DNA of 64,000 nucleotides from Antedon mediterranea (GCF_964355755.1 NC_092677.1:27577175-27641174); one strand, 5' to 3'. Numbered from the stretch's first letter, positions 43,811-55,987 are shown. The notes: generated by a model from the letters alone, not told the origin. Numbers and translations: made by a program.

Positions 43811-46800
43811 TAGCAAACATTACTTTATTTGACCAAATAACATTTTAGATTTTTTAAACCTACAACTTAATTGCTCAAGAACTAGAATCATATTTCTGCT
43901 ATGGTCAAGAACTAGAATCATATTTCTGCTATGGTCATATAAACAAATGGTAATGCATGTGCAACACAGTGTTCGTATATATCTTCAGGAACTTTCATTA
44001 GTTGAGCTTAAGGAATATAAGTTGAGGGTAAAGAAAATCAGAAAGGTATACTGTTACCATACAGTGTGACAACCCAAACCATCTTGTTTTTAGAGAGTGG
44101 ATGTACACAACGTTGGTGTGCAGGCAATTTGGCCCAGCCTTCCAATAAAGCTTTTGTTAACTTTTTATTTGTATTGTCTAAAAGTTTTAGCACTTTACAA
44201 TTGCGAGGTTTTATGACTGTATATATTCATTAGTCGTTGGTTCTATTAATTGTACATAAATTAATAATAATCGATCACTTGATTATTGATTGATTGATTG
44301 ATTGACAGCCGCTTTTGTTCAAATCAATAATTTCCATGTCTGATATTTATGGAATCTGCTTCATAATCAACATTTCTGTTATAGGAAATATGATAAATAA
44401 AAAGAAAACTCATGTCGTCACAATATGTCTCGTTGTGTTTTATTCATGAATGTAACAGTTTAAACATTGGGTGGCGTACATTCGTCAGAAAAATTTTTTG
44501 CTACCTCTCCCTTTTGATTGGACTATTAGTTTTAGAGGGACCTCAATCCTCAGTTTATATACACTGTATATGAATAATCCCATCCTCATCAAGTTTAATC
44601 CCAGCCTCTACTTTAGGCTAAATATTGTCACATGATTTTCGAAAAATTTCCATTGTTAAAATTAAGTGTAATTTCACCCCATAAAGACCCTACCCAGACC
44701 CCAGAGTTAGATGATACTAATTAGTTGGTATTTGTTTTTTAAAATTTCAATTTAAGTTATGGCATGAAGTAAAATTGTATGTATAGGTCACTGGTAGTAT
44801 TTCTACAATTTTATAAATTCAAATAAAAAAGATTACTTTAAAAACAATTTTAATTAATGTGCGTAAAACCATTTCGACAGGGAGTTACAACTCCCTGATT
44901 TTGACAAGAAAAAGTGAAACATTTTAAATGTAAAACCAAAGAAGATACCATACTCATCCCACCCCTGTGAATCTCTCCCGCCCCTGTGAATCTCTCCCGC
45001 CGTGAAACCGAACTTATAGGTGGGGAACTGGATTGAACTGGATCGAGTCGGTGGTTGCAGCTTGCAGACGACAGGGCGATGACTTTTGACCAATCAAATC
45101 ACTTTATTGTTTGAGGAAACTACCGCTGTCGATTTTTGAATTACCTACAGAAAGCAAGCCAAAAGGTGAGTTAAACAACTGTTTTAAGACGATCTATATG
45201 TGTACACATAATAACTATCTATTACTTAAATATCTAGTTACAGAATAATGGATGTATTGGTAGATTTAGTTGATTAAAAATAAAAATATGCCTAGGCTAA
45301 TCGCTAGTAGGCCTCCACTTTCTTTGTCGCTAAGATGCTCACGTCTCGGCTCATCTCGGATTGGGTGTGGTGGACTTAAATTCTTTCTGGTATTAGCCTG
45401 GCCTAGACTAACCCTTGTGCTTGGTATTTTAATTATTTAATTAGTTGATTTATTAGTCTCTTTTCCAAAGACAACAAAGAACAAAGATAACATGAAACAA
45501 ACAAAATAAAAGACGGGTTTAGTGGTCGATAAGCTTTGAAAAAGTTAAGTGTGGAATTCGTCACGTGTCCGCGATCGCGAATTTTGCTCGTACCGGTAAA
45601 CAGCGGCAAGCGATTTTTTCGGCGAGAGAACACGATAGATTCGGCCCAAATGTTCGAATTTGGGTAGGCCTAGAAAGAGCTTGAAGAACAAGTCATCATT
45701 CATTATGCATCTAGCAGATGACGGACTTTTGACAAATCAGATTTTTTCATGAACCAGAGAGTGAGTACTGTAATTTTAATAATAAGTTATGAATTAAATA
45801 CTTGGTTATAAACAAATACAAGGTATGTTACTATAGTTAATTATAAATAGGTCTAGGAAAATCACTAGTGTAGGCCTTTTTGCTGACGCCGCCCATTCTT
45901 ATGATCTCTGATTATTAAATTGGGTATGGACTAGTTCATCATGGCCTAGAACAAGCCTAATTAACAACTCCCTGCCTAGAACAAGCATTCTTCTGTCTGT
46001 TAGTTAGTTCTGTTGTTTATTACATGAATTTGGTTCTTGGTTGTACTTCTTGATGACTGAAAATATGAATGGATTGAGAGACACTGACACTGTGTTTTTT
46101 GTTCACTCAAACTTTAGGAATTATTCAAGGTGGAGGACATTTTTTATTCTTATCTATATGACAAATGTCAACACACAAATTTATTGTCAACAAATATTAT
46201 TTAATTTAATTTATTATTCCTTAACAATAATTATTTATGACTTTGAGTTTGAATAAATACATATTTACTATAGTATTTTACACTCATTCAGGCTAAGTTC
46301 AGTACATAAAAACTTTAGTTTATTATAGAGGGCGCTCTTTTACAATTACACAAAACCTGTTTGGACAAATTAACTATGGTATGGTCAGACAAATGTCTAT
46401 ATAAATATTACCTAATATCCACCCAATTATAGTATTAGAAAAGAAGTACACATCATCATGATTTTGATATATTTCATAATACTGTACATGTATTTCATAA
46501 TCTGACTTAACATGTTAATAACATTCCACAATAAATCATATATTTACCGTCAAATGTATAAAAAAAAAATTATACCAATAATTGTTTGTTGGGGTAAGTA
46601 TGGCTTAGATTTAGTTTTTGGTTAAGTCAATGCTTATCATGCAGCATACAATGTAATTTATATCTGACCAATCTGATCAAGGAATACATGTGTGTATAAA
46701 ATGACCAAGATATTAACTAAAAAAAGCAATTTACTTTTACACAGGTAGTGTTAAACAGTACATAATGTATTGGAATAAATTGGAGAGGTTTTGATTTCAT

Positions 46801-46986
46801 GATTTAAATTCAAATGAATATTTTTATTGTGTCAACAACAGTAAATCTATCATGATCAGACTCATCATTAAAATACTAAAATAATTTGTAATTTAAAAAC
46901 AATTGTAACAATTATGACATCTTATTTATGTTACATGTTAAAACATTCTACCAATTAACACCAGAATGTTAACTAGACCTTTGTTA

Positions 46987-47305
46987 AGCTCTTTCTACAC
47001 TATCAAACTAGTTTGACAAAAAAAAGTGTGATGTGCCCAAATATGGTGGTGATATGCTCAAATATGGTGGTGATATGCTCAAATATGGTGGTGATATGCT
47101 CAAATATGGTGGTGATATGCTCAAATATGGTAGTGATATGCCCAAATATGGTGGTGATATGCTCAAATATGGTAGTGATATGCCCAAATATGGTAGTGAT
47201 ATGCTCAAATATGGTAGTGATATTCCCAAATATGGTAGTGATCATCATGTCCATGTATGGGCACATCACATTTTTTGTCACATAAAGTTTGATAGTGTAG
47301 ACCTT
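46987..47305. mobile_element. MITE family A copy with an internal 21-bp minisatellite (CAAATATGGTRGTGATATGCY x ~10)
   Basis: Family A ends enclose a tandem expansion of the motif found 1-2 times in other copies. Confidence 0.85.
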
Positions 47306-47771
47306 TATTAGGATGCATAAGTATTGATAAATTCCGACAATAAATGTTTTCCCCCACCCACTTCTTGACCTTTCCTTTGACCTTTCCTCTGACCCGGACA
47401 AGTGCAGTATAATTATCAGCATTACATGATACTCAATGTTTTTAATGTAAATTTTAATGTCATTTAAACAATACATACTAGATGTATGTGGCTTAACTAC
47501 ATCAACTAAATCATTAATTTTGAATTATTTGTGGTAATTATCATAATTTACAATGCCATTTACAAACCGATGATTTTAATTCATGGATCAGGCTTTTAAA
47601 GTATTTCTAACATGAATGTTTGTCACATTTATAGTCCCAAAAAAAAAATTAATAAAAAAAAAACAACAAATCCAGAAAATTACAACCTGATAAATACTAA
47701 TACTTTTGTAATGCAGTCTTTAAACGAATCTGTTACTCCTGATTTTAAGACATTTTTCAACTCAACATGAA

Positions 47772-47893
47772 GATGTGCCCAAATATGGTTGGTAGCGATA
47801 TGGCCAAATATGGTAGTGATATGACATTATGTCCATATATGGACACATCACATTTTTTTTGTCACATAAAGTTTGATAGTGTAGACAGAGTTT
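47772..47893. mobile_element. Truncated MITE family A copy
   Basis: Right TIR GTTTGATAGTGTAGACAGAG plus the internal motif. Confidence 0.7.
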
Positions 47894-48001
47894 AAGACAT
47901 CCCAACTCAGCATGATGAGGTTCATATGAGAACTTGCAGTTGCTGTTAGGACGGCAAATTTAAATAGTATACACTAAAAATGTTCTTATTTGCATTCTTG
48001 T

Positions 48002-48154
48002 TCAGGTGTCAATTGAAAAGAGATCACCAGCAGATGGTAGCGGTGGCAGGCCACCCGTCACATCTGGTAGAAGGGTTAGGTCCGGTAACTTCTGAATATG
48101 ACTTTTTAATTCTTTACGCACTGTCGTTACCTTGTTTAATTTTTGTTTGTATTC
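48002..48154 (-). CDS. RPRD1B: RPRD1 exon 7 (last)
   Basis: EYKQKLNKVTTVRKELKSHIQKLPDLTLLPDVTGGLPPLPSAGDLFSIDT*, the RPRD1A/B C-terminal signature; cttag acceptor. Confidence 0.96.
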   Translation of the reverse strand, partial: EYKQKLNKVTTVRKELKSHIQKLPDLTLLPDVTGGLPPLPSAGDLFSIDT

Positions 48155-48177
48155 CTAAGAAAAATTAAAAAAAACTG

Positions 48178-49100
48178 TTTAAAATTAAATATTCAAAAGG
48201 AGATAAACAATGAAAATGTATGCAGTATGAGTTTTATGATGAGCTATAAAACAACAATATATAGTTACTGTATTTTATTATTTAATTTACTGAATGATAA
48301 TAATAATACAAACACAATAATAAAAGAAACAATGGTATAAAACGGATATACTATCAAGGGGACACCTTCCTGACCCAACAGTGTCCCTTAAATAGGGATG
48401 TCTCTTGCATAGGGGTTGGCCATAAAACGTATTTCGTTTGCTTCTCGGGAAAATATCATCAAAGGAGGGCTTCCATAAAAATTTAAAAATCATTTAAAAT
48501 TAAATATTCAAAAGGAGAAAAACAATGAAAATGTATGCAGTATGAGTTTTATGATGAGCTATAAAACAACAATATATAGTTACTGTATTTTATTATTTAA
48601 TTTACTGAATGGTGTTATAATACAGGTAATAATAATAATAAAAACACAATAAATGCAACAATGGTATACTATCAAGGGGATACCTTCCTGACCCAACAGT
48701 GTCCCTTAAATAGGGATGTCTCTTGCATAGGGGTTGGCCATAAAACGTATTTCGTTTGCTTCTCGGGAAAATGTCATCAAAGGAGGGCTTCCATAAAAAT
48801 TTAAAAATCATTTAAAATTAAATATTCAAAAGGAGAAAAACAATGAAAATGTATGCAGTATGAGTTTTATGATGAGCTATAAAACAACAATATATAGTTA
48901 CTGTATTTTATTATTTAATTTACTGAATGGTGTTATAATACAGGTAATAATAATAATAAAAACACAATAAATGCAACAATGGTATACTATCAAGGGGATA
49001 CCTTCGTGACCCAACAGTGTCCCTTAATAGGTATGTCTCTTGCATAGGAGTTGGATATAAAACATATTTTGTTTGCTTCTCGGGAAAGTGTCGTCTTAAT
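48178..49100. repeat. Tandem triplication (315/318-bp period) in RPRD1 intron 6
   Basis: AAAATTAAATATTCAAAAGGAGA starts at 48181, 48496 and 48814; each unit holds an AGGGGACACC/GTGTCCCTT MITE-like fragment. Confidence 0.92.
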
Positions 49101-49137
49101 AGAGGTGACACAAAGGAGGGGTTACACAGCTTCTTAC

Positions 49138-49313
49138 CTCTAATTTTTTCTCAGCCGCTGCAAGTTGGTCTTTTTGTCCCAATCTGTAATCTCTCAGCAT
49201 TTTAAGAACCCTTTTTCTTTCATCCATCTCTAAGTCTAATCTTCCGTTATAGTCTGTTAACATTGAAACAGCGTCATTCACAAGTGCTGATAACTTGTCT
49301 GCTGCATCTTTGT
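49138..49313 (-). CDS. RPRD1B: RPRD1 exon 6 (coiled coil)
   Basis: DKDAADKLSALVNDAVSMLTDYNGRLDLEMDERK...AEKKLE; tttag/gtaaga, phase 1/0. Confidence 0.95.
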
Positions 49314-49622
49314 CTAAAAACAAAAATCAAATCAGAAAATTAAAAAACATTATTTTTTTTTTAAATTACAAGCAGTTACATAACAGTCATTTTATACTCT
49401 GTATTATTTGTATGGCATTTTATGAAATAAATTTTTGTTGAATTTAAATTGCTAGGGTGAATTTTGAACCTTGTTTGAGGAGGGCAGGAAATTTAACTTG
49501 AGTATTTGATAATAGCACTTTCTTTCTCTAAGCACACGCCAGCTTAAACAGTTGTTGACCATTATAAAGACACATTTCTTACTATAAATATTTAAATATG
49601 CACATTTAGATGTGACGGTTAC

Positions 49623-49749
49623 CTTTAATTCTTTCTAACAGGCTGACATCCTGTACTTCTGGGGGTAGCTTGGCTATTTTTTCTCGGACAGCTGCATCAC
49701 TAGAAGCAGAGTGTTCCAAATCTCTTAAGCATTGCACCAAAACCTCAGT
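49623..49749 (-). CDS. RPRD1B: RPRD1 exon 5
   Basis: TEVLVQCLRDLEHSASSDAAVREKIAKLPPEVQDVSLLERIK; cttag/gtaacc, phase 0/1. Confidence 0.95.
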
Positions 49750-50156
49750 CTAAGAAGTCAATCAAAACGATTATAAATGTATTTTGGGAATAAATTAAAA
49801 TGCAGGTATCTCAATATTTCTAGATATAAACATAACAAATTGGTTACAAAAAGTAAACAAAAATATTATTATAATTTTAAGTAAAACTATCACTGTTTAG
49901 TCTGCTTATGATTCAAAATTTTCTCTGAATAAATTTATCACTATGCAAAGAGAAAAGACCATATGGCATAGGTTGTATTGTGTTAAATATTTAATTTATT
50001 CTGTCTTTATACCGAATGACACTACAGCATTGATTTCCAAAGTGGTTCAGTAGTAGTAATTTCCAGGCATAGAAGAAATTATATTTCAGTGATCAAATTT
50101 ACATTTATATACAATTCCTTATATCACAATACAAACTATGGCAATATATTTAGTAA

Positions 50157-50316
50157 AGCTCAGTCTACACTATCAAATATGGTATTGATATGACATATCA
50201 ATCATGTTCATATATTTAGTAAAGCTCTGTCTACACTATCAAATATTGTATTGATATGACATATTATGTTCATATATGGGCACATCACATTTTTGTTGCA
50301 TAAGGTTTGATAGTGT
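50157..50316. mobile_element. MITE family A copy with duplicated left end
   Basis: AGCTC(A/T)GTCTACACTATCAAA at 50157 and 50223; right end GTTTGATAGTGTA. Confidence 0.7.
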
Positions 50317-50384
50317 ATTAGTAAGGGGCCGTTAAAACATATTCGCCATCGGGTGTCCCAAATGACGGGCTCTACTGTATTTGA

Positions 50385-53300
50385 TAATGGATTATTATTG
50401 ATACCAACCTCTGGCATCTCCCCTGGTATATGTGGCTCTTCTTCATTTAATGGATTATTATTGATACCAACCTCTGGCATCTCCCCTGGTATATGTGGCT
50501 CTTCTTCATTTAATGGATTATTATTGATACCAACCTCTGGCATCTCCCCTGGTATATGTGGCTCTTCTTCATTTAATGGATTATTATTGATACCAACCTC
50601 TGGCATCTCCCCTGGTATATGTGGCTCTTCTTCATTTAATGGATTATTATTGATACCAACCTCTGGCATCTCCCCTGGTATATGTGGCTCTTCTTCATTT
50701 AATGGATTATTATTGATACCAACCTCTGGCATCTCCCCTGGTATATGTGGCTCTTCTTCATTTAATGGATTATTATTGATACCAACCTCTGGCATCTCCC
50801 CTGGTATATGTGGCTCTTCTTCATTTAATGGATTATTATTGATACCAACCTCTGGCATCTCCCCTGGTATATGTGGCTCTTCTTCATTTAATGGATTATT
50901 ATTGATACCAACCTCTGGCATCTCCCCTGGTATATGTGGCTCTTCTTCATTTAATGGATTATTATTGATACCAACCTCTGGCATCTCCCCTGGTATATGT
51001 GGCTCTTCTTCATTTAATGGATTATTATTGATACCAACCTCTGGCATCTCCCCTGGTATATGTGGCTCTTCTTCATTTAATGGATTATTATTGATACCAA
51101 CCTCTGGCATCTCCCCTGGTATATGTGGCTCTTCTTCATTTAATGGATTATTATTGATACCAACCTCTGGCATCTCCCCTGGTATATGTGGCTCTTCTTC
51201 ATTTAATGGATTATTATTGATACCAACCTCTGGCATCTCCCCTGGTATATGTGGCTCTTCTTCATTTAATGGATTATTATTGATACCAACCTCTGGCATC
51301 TCCCCTGGTATATGTGGCTCTTCTTCATTTAATGGATTATTATTGATACCAACCTCTGGCATCTCCCCTGGTATATGTGGCTCTTCTTCATTTAATGGAT
51401 TATTATTGATACCAACCTCTGGCATCTCCCCTGGTATATGTGGCTCTTCTTCATTTAATGGATTATTATTGATACCAACCTCTGGCATCTCCCCTGGTAT
51501 ATGTGGCTCTTCTTCATTTAATGGATTATTATTGATACCAACCTCTGGCATCTCCCCTGGTATATGTGGCTCTTCTTCATTTAATGGATTATTATTGATA
51601 CCAACCTCTGGCATCTCCCCTGGTATATGTGGCTCTTCTTCATTTAATGGATTATTATTGATACCAACCTCTGGCATCTCCCCTGGTATATGTGGCTCTT
51701 CTTCATTTAATGGATTATTATTGATACCAACCTCTGGCATCTCCCCTGGTATATGTGGCTCTTCTTCATTTAATGGATTATTATTGATACCAACCTCTGG
51801 CATCTCCCCTGGTATATGTGGCTCTTCTTCATTTAATGGATTATTATTGATACCAACCTCTGGCATCTCCCCTGGTATATGTGGCTCTTCTTCATTTAAT
51901 GGATTATTATTGATACCAACCTCTGGCATCTCCCCTGGTATATGTGGCTCTTCTTCATTTAATGGATTATTATTGATACCAACCTCTGGCATCTCCCCTG
52001 GTATATGTGGCTCTTCTTCATTTAATGGATTATTATTGATACCAACCTCTGGCATCTCCCCTGGTATATGTGGCTCTTCTTCATTTAATGGATTATTATT
52101 GATACCAACCTCTGGCATCTCCCCTGGTATATGTGGCTCTTCTTCATTTAATGGATTATTATTGATACAAACCTCTGGCATCTCCCCTGGTATATGTGGC
52201 TCTTCTTCATTTAATGGATTATTATTGATACCAACCTCTGGCATCTCCCCTGGTATATGTGGCTCTTCTTCATTTAATGGATTATTATTGATACCAACCT
52301 CTGGCATCTCCCCTGGTATATGTGGCTCTTCTTCATTTAATGGATTATTATTGATACCAACCTCTGGCATCTCCCCTGGTATATGTGGCTCTTCTTCATT
52401 TAATGGATTATTATTGATACAAACCTCTGGCATCTCCCCTGGTATATGTGGCTCTTCTTCATTTAATGGATTATTATTGATACCAACCTCTGGCATCTCC
52501 CCTGGTATATGTGGCTCTTCTTCATTTAATGGATTATTATTGATACAAACCTCTGGCATCTCCCCTGGTATATGTGGCTCTTCTTCATTTAATGGATTAT
52601 TATTGATACCAACCTCTGGCATCTCCCCTGGTATATGTGGCTCTTCTTCATTTAATGGATTATTATTGATACCAACCTCTGGCATCTCCCCTGGTATATG
52701 TGGCTCTTCTTCATTTAATGGATTATTATTGATACCAACCTCTGGCATCTCCCCTGGTATATGTGGCTCTTCTTCATTTAATGGATTATTATTGATACCA
52801 ACCTCTGGCATCTCCCCTGGTATATGTGGCTCTTCTTCATTTAATGGATTATTATTGATACCAACCTCTGGCATCTCCCCTGGTATATGTGGCTCTTCTT
52901 CATTTAATGGATTATTATTGATACCAACCTCTGGCATCTCCCCTGGTATATGTGGCTCTTCTTCATTTAATGGATTATTATTGATACCAACCTCTGGCAT
53001 CTCCCCTGGTATATGTGGCTCTTCTTCATTTAATGGATTATTATTGATACCAACCTCTGGCATCTCCCCTGGTATATGTGGCTCTTCTTCATTTAATGGA
53101 TTATTATTGATACCAACCTCTGGCATCTCCCCTGGTATATGTGGCTCTTCTTCATTTAATGGATTATTATTGATACCAACCTCTGGCATCTCCCCTGGTA
53201 TATGTGGCTCTTCTTCATTTAATGGATTATTATTGATACCAACCTCTGGCATCTCCCCTGGTATATGTGGCTCTTCTTCATTTAATGGATTATTAATGAT

Positions 53301-54357
53301 ACCAACCTCTGGCATCTCCCCTGGTATATGTGGCTCTTCTTCATTTAATGGATTATTATTGATACCAACCTCTGGCATCTCCCCTGGTATATGTGGCTCT
53401 TCTTCATTTAATGGATTATTATTGATACCAACCTCTGGCATCTCCCCTGGTATATGTGGCTCTTCTTCATTTAATGGATTATTAATGATACCAACCTCTG
53501 GCATCTCCCCTGGTATATGTGGCTCTTCTTCATTTAATGGATTATTATTGATACCAACCTCTGGCATCTCCCCTGGTATATGTGGCTCTTCTTCATTTAA
53601 TGGATTATTATTGATACCAACCTCTGGCATCTCCCCTGGTATATGTGGCTCTTCTTCATTTAATGGATTATTATTGATACCAACCTCTGGCATCTCCCCT
53701 GGTATATGTGGCTCTTCTTCATTTAATGGATTATTATTGATACCAACCTCTGGCATCTCCCCTGGTATATGTGGCTCTTCTTCATTTAATGGATTATTAT
53801 TGATACCAACCTCTGGCATCTCCCCTGGTATATGTGGCTCTTCTTCATTTAATGGATTATTAATGATACCAACCTCTGGCATCTCCCCTGGTATATGTGG
53901 CTCTTCTTCATTTAATGGATTATTATTGATACCAACCTCTGGCATCTCCCCTGGTATATGTGGCTCTTCTTCATTTAATGGATTATTATTGATACCAACC
54001 TCTGGCATCTCCCCTGGTATATGTGGCTCTTCTTCATTTAATGGATTATTATTGATACCAACCTCTGGCATCTCCCCTGGTATATGTGGCTCTTCTTCAT
54101 TTAATGGATTATTATTGATACCAACCTCTGGCATCTCCCCTGGTATATGTGGCTCTTCTTCATTTAATGGATTATTATTGATACCAACCTCTGGCATCTC
54201 CCCTGGTATATGTGGCTCTTCTTCATTTAATGGATTATTATTGATACCAACCTCTGGCATCTCCCCTGGTATATGTGGCTCTTCTTCATTTAATGGATTA
54301 TTATTGATACCAACCTCTGGCATCTCCCCTGGTATATGTGGCTCTTCTTCATTTAAT
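50385..54357 (-). repeat. 63-bp minisatellite x 63 spanning the RPRD1 exon 4 / intron 4 donor
   Basis: Unit = 42 nt of exon end (LNEEEPHIPGEMPE) + 21 nt of intron start (GTTGGTATCAATAATAATCCA). First and last donors follow 54315 and 50409, 3906 = 62 x 63 bp apart. Confidence 0.97.
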
Positions 54358-54478
54358 TCTTTTAGCAGTTCTTGCATTGTTTTCTGCATTTGTTCTGCCG
54401 GATCAGTCTTGGATTTCTTTGGTGATGAGGGTTCAAATTCATTTGGTGGAGAGTCTAAAGGAGTGTTGCCTGGTGTAA
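54315..54478 (-). CDS. RPRD1B: RPRD1 exon 4 (linker; shortest form, first donor)
   Basis: tttag acceptor, VTPGNTPLDSPPNEFEPSSPKKSK...LNEEEPHIPGEMPE|gttggt; phase 1/0 joins exon 3 to exon 5 in frame. Confidence 0.88.
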
Positions 54479-54919
54479 CTAAACATCAATAAAACAAAGC
54501 AAGAGATTTACGAACACAACATATTAATGAAGCTGATAAGGCACTAGAGAGGAGTGTTTGTTTGGGATGTGTGTCAGGCATGAGAGGAGTGTAAATAATG
54601 ATGTCAAATTACTGCTGTAATAAAAATAATGTTGTACAAATTATGATAATGAGGTTAAATAAAGTTAAGTTTGTGATCAATTGTTAAGTATTTTCATCAA
54701 ACCAAGGCAATTTAACAACAGGACACTGAGCTCGCCTGTCAAGATAGGAACTCATAACAGTCCTTTGATTTTATGTCTGGCTGCGACAAATACCAACAGT
54801 ACTGTACTTTGGACATATTCCCTGTGGCGCGGTGTCTGTTGATCGTGTCACAGCCTCTGATAAACCCTTCTCCGGAGCTTAGCGTCCTGTTGCCTTGATC
54901 AAACTCCTTAGGTTCTTAC

Positions 54920-55026
54920 CAAATGTTGCCTGCAATTGCTTAATGAGAGTAGCCTCAAACACACCTCTCTCAGCCCAAATTGTACATACTCGTTCCATTG
55001 ACTTTTTGGTTTTCTCGTCTGTAACA
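54920..55026 (-). CDS. RPRD1B: RPRD1 exon 3 (end of CID)
   Basis: VTDEKTKKSMERVCTIWAERGVFEATLIKQLQATF; ttgtag/gtaaga, phase 2/1. Confidence 0.93.
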
Positions 55027-55154
55027 CTACAAAAGTATCAAACCCATTTATTGAGTAAGCAACATACAGTACTTGGGGAAGTGAAACAATAATATAAATA
55101 GTGAATATTGTATTAATGATTCAAAAATGTACCGAATTGGCTTCTTTTACTTAC

Positions 55155-55284
55155 CTCACTACATGCATAAATGCACTTTCCATAACATTTTGAAACTCCT
55201 TGGTGAATTCCTGGCCTTTCTTCTTACTGTTCTGAACAATATCATTAGCCAAGTAAACAAACAGAAGCTTTCTGCTTATTTTTG
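55155..55284 (-). CDS. RPRD1B: RPRD1 exon 2 (CID)
   Basis: KISRKLLFVYLANDIVQNSKKKGQEFTKEF, with the CID YLANDxxQN motif; ttatag/gtaagt. Confidence 0.96.
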
Positions 55285-55334
55285 CTATAAAAAAAACCAA
55301 TATCAATGTATTTTATTGATGAAGAAACTGGGTA

Positions 55335-55440
55335 CTTTAAAGTGCACACGGGCCAACTGTGTACACTGGACCTACAGTTTATAGTCCTTATTCGAGAAGA
55401 CTTGTTGCACCTCCAGAACTAGGAACGAACCCGGACGCCA
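55335..55440 (-). mobile_element. tRNA-derived SINE fragment in RPRD1 intron 1
   Basis: Minus strand has CCGGGTTCGTTCC (B-box-like) followed by AGTCTTCTCGAATAAGGACTATAAACTGTAGGTCC; second copy at ~13055-13100. Confidence 0.6.
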
Positions 55441-55836
55441 ATATTGTTTTGTTTGTTGGCTCTTTTAGATACGGTAAACAGAGCCCCCTTGTATGTATGA
55501 TGCAACATGGATGCAGTATGCACATTTTTTCTCCCTTTTTGAGTTAAACACCACCTGTTTTATTTTTTGTATAGTTTATTATTTTTTTTTAAAGATGGAT
55601 CTAGCTAGGCCTAAAACAACTTTTGCTTTCTAGACATATAGCCTAACTAACATAATACATCATTAAAATCTTCGTATACAAAAGGCTTAGGCTAGCTAGC
55701 CTAGTTGTTGAGATTAAGGGTTCGCTTCTTTTTGTTTATCCTCTCTCTGAACTGAAACCAAGCGAAGAAGGAGGTCAACAACATGTTTGATATGACTTTT
55801 TAGGCTGGCTGCTAAAACTAAAACGATAGTACTCAC

Positions 55837-55987
55837 TTTTCTGAAGCTCTGCATGCCAAACATTGACAATAGATTTAGCATGTTTTCTGTGATGAATAAG
55901 CCACAAAGAAAGTGTTTGGATGCTTTGTTGTGAATTGCTTAGGCTACCTAATTTCTCTTTTAATACACTTTCTGAAAACGTAGACAT
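55837..55987 (-). CDS. RPRD1B: RPRD1 exon 1 (CID start)
   Basis: MSTFSESVLKEKLGSLSNSQQSIQTLSLWLIHHRKHA..., the RPRD1A/B N-terminus; donor gtgagt. All 7 exons total 1008 nt = 335 aa + stop. Confidence 0.96.

Noticed and set aside
50385-54357. CRISPR array, recursive-splicing array or Pol II CTD mimic
   Set aside because: There are no unique spacers and the DNA is eukaryotic. The AG|GT junctions lack a polypyrimidine tract. The 21-aa unit has no Tyr/Ser and does not resemble YSPTSPS, so the 3 x 7 length is treated as coincidence.
50208-54389. 1393-aa ORF as a stand-alone repeat-protein gene
   Set aside because: Its Met is internal to RPRD1 exon 4 and its tail runs into intronic MITE sequence. 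It is the unspliced read-through of the donor array.
50353-54492. 1379-aa antisense ORF on the + strand
   Set aside because: A 63-bp unit without a stop in one frame automatically gives a long ORF. It has a GTG start and no homology or splice support.
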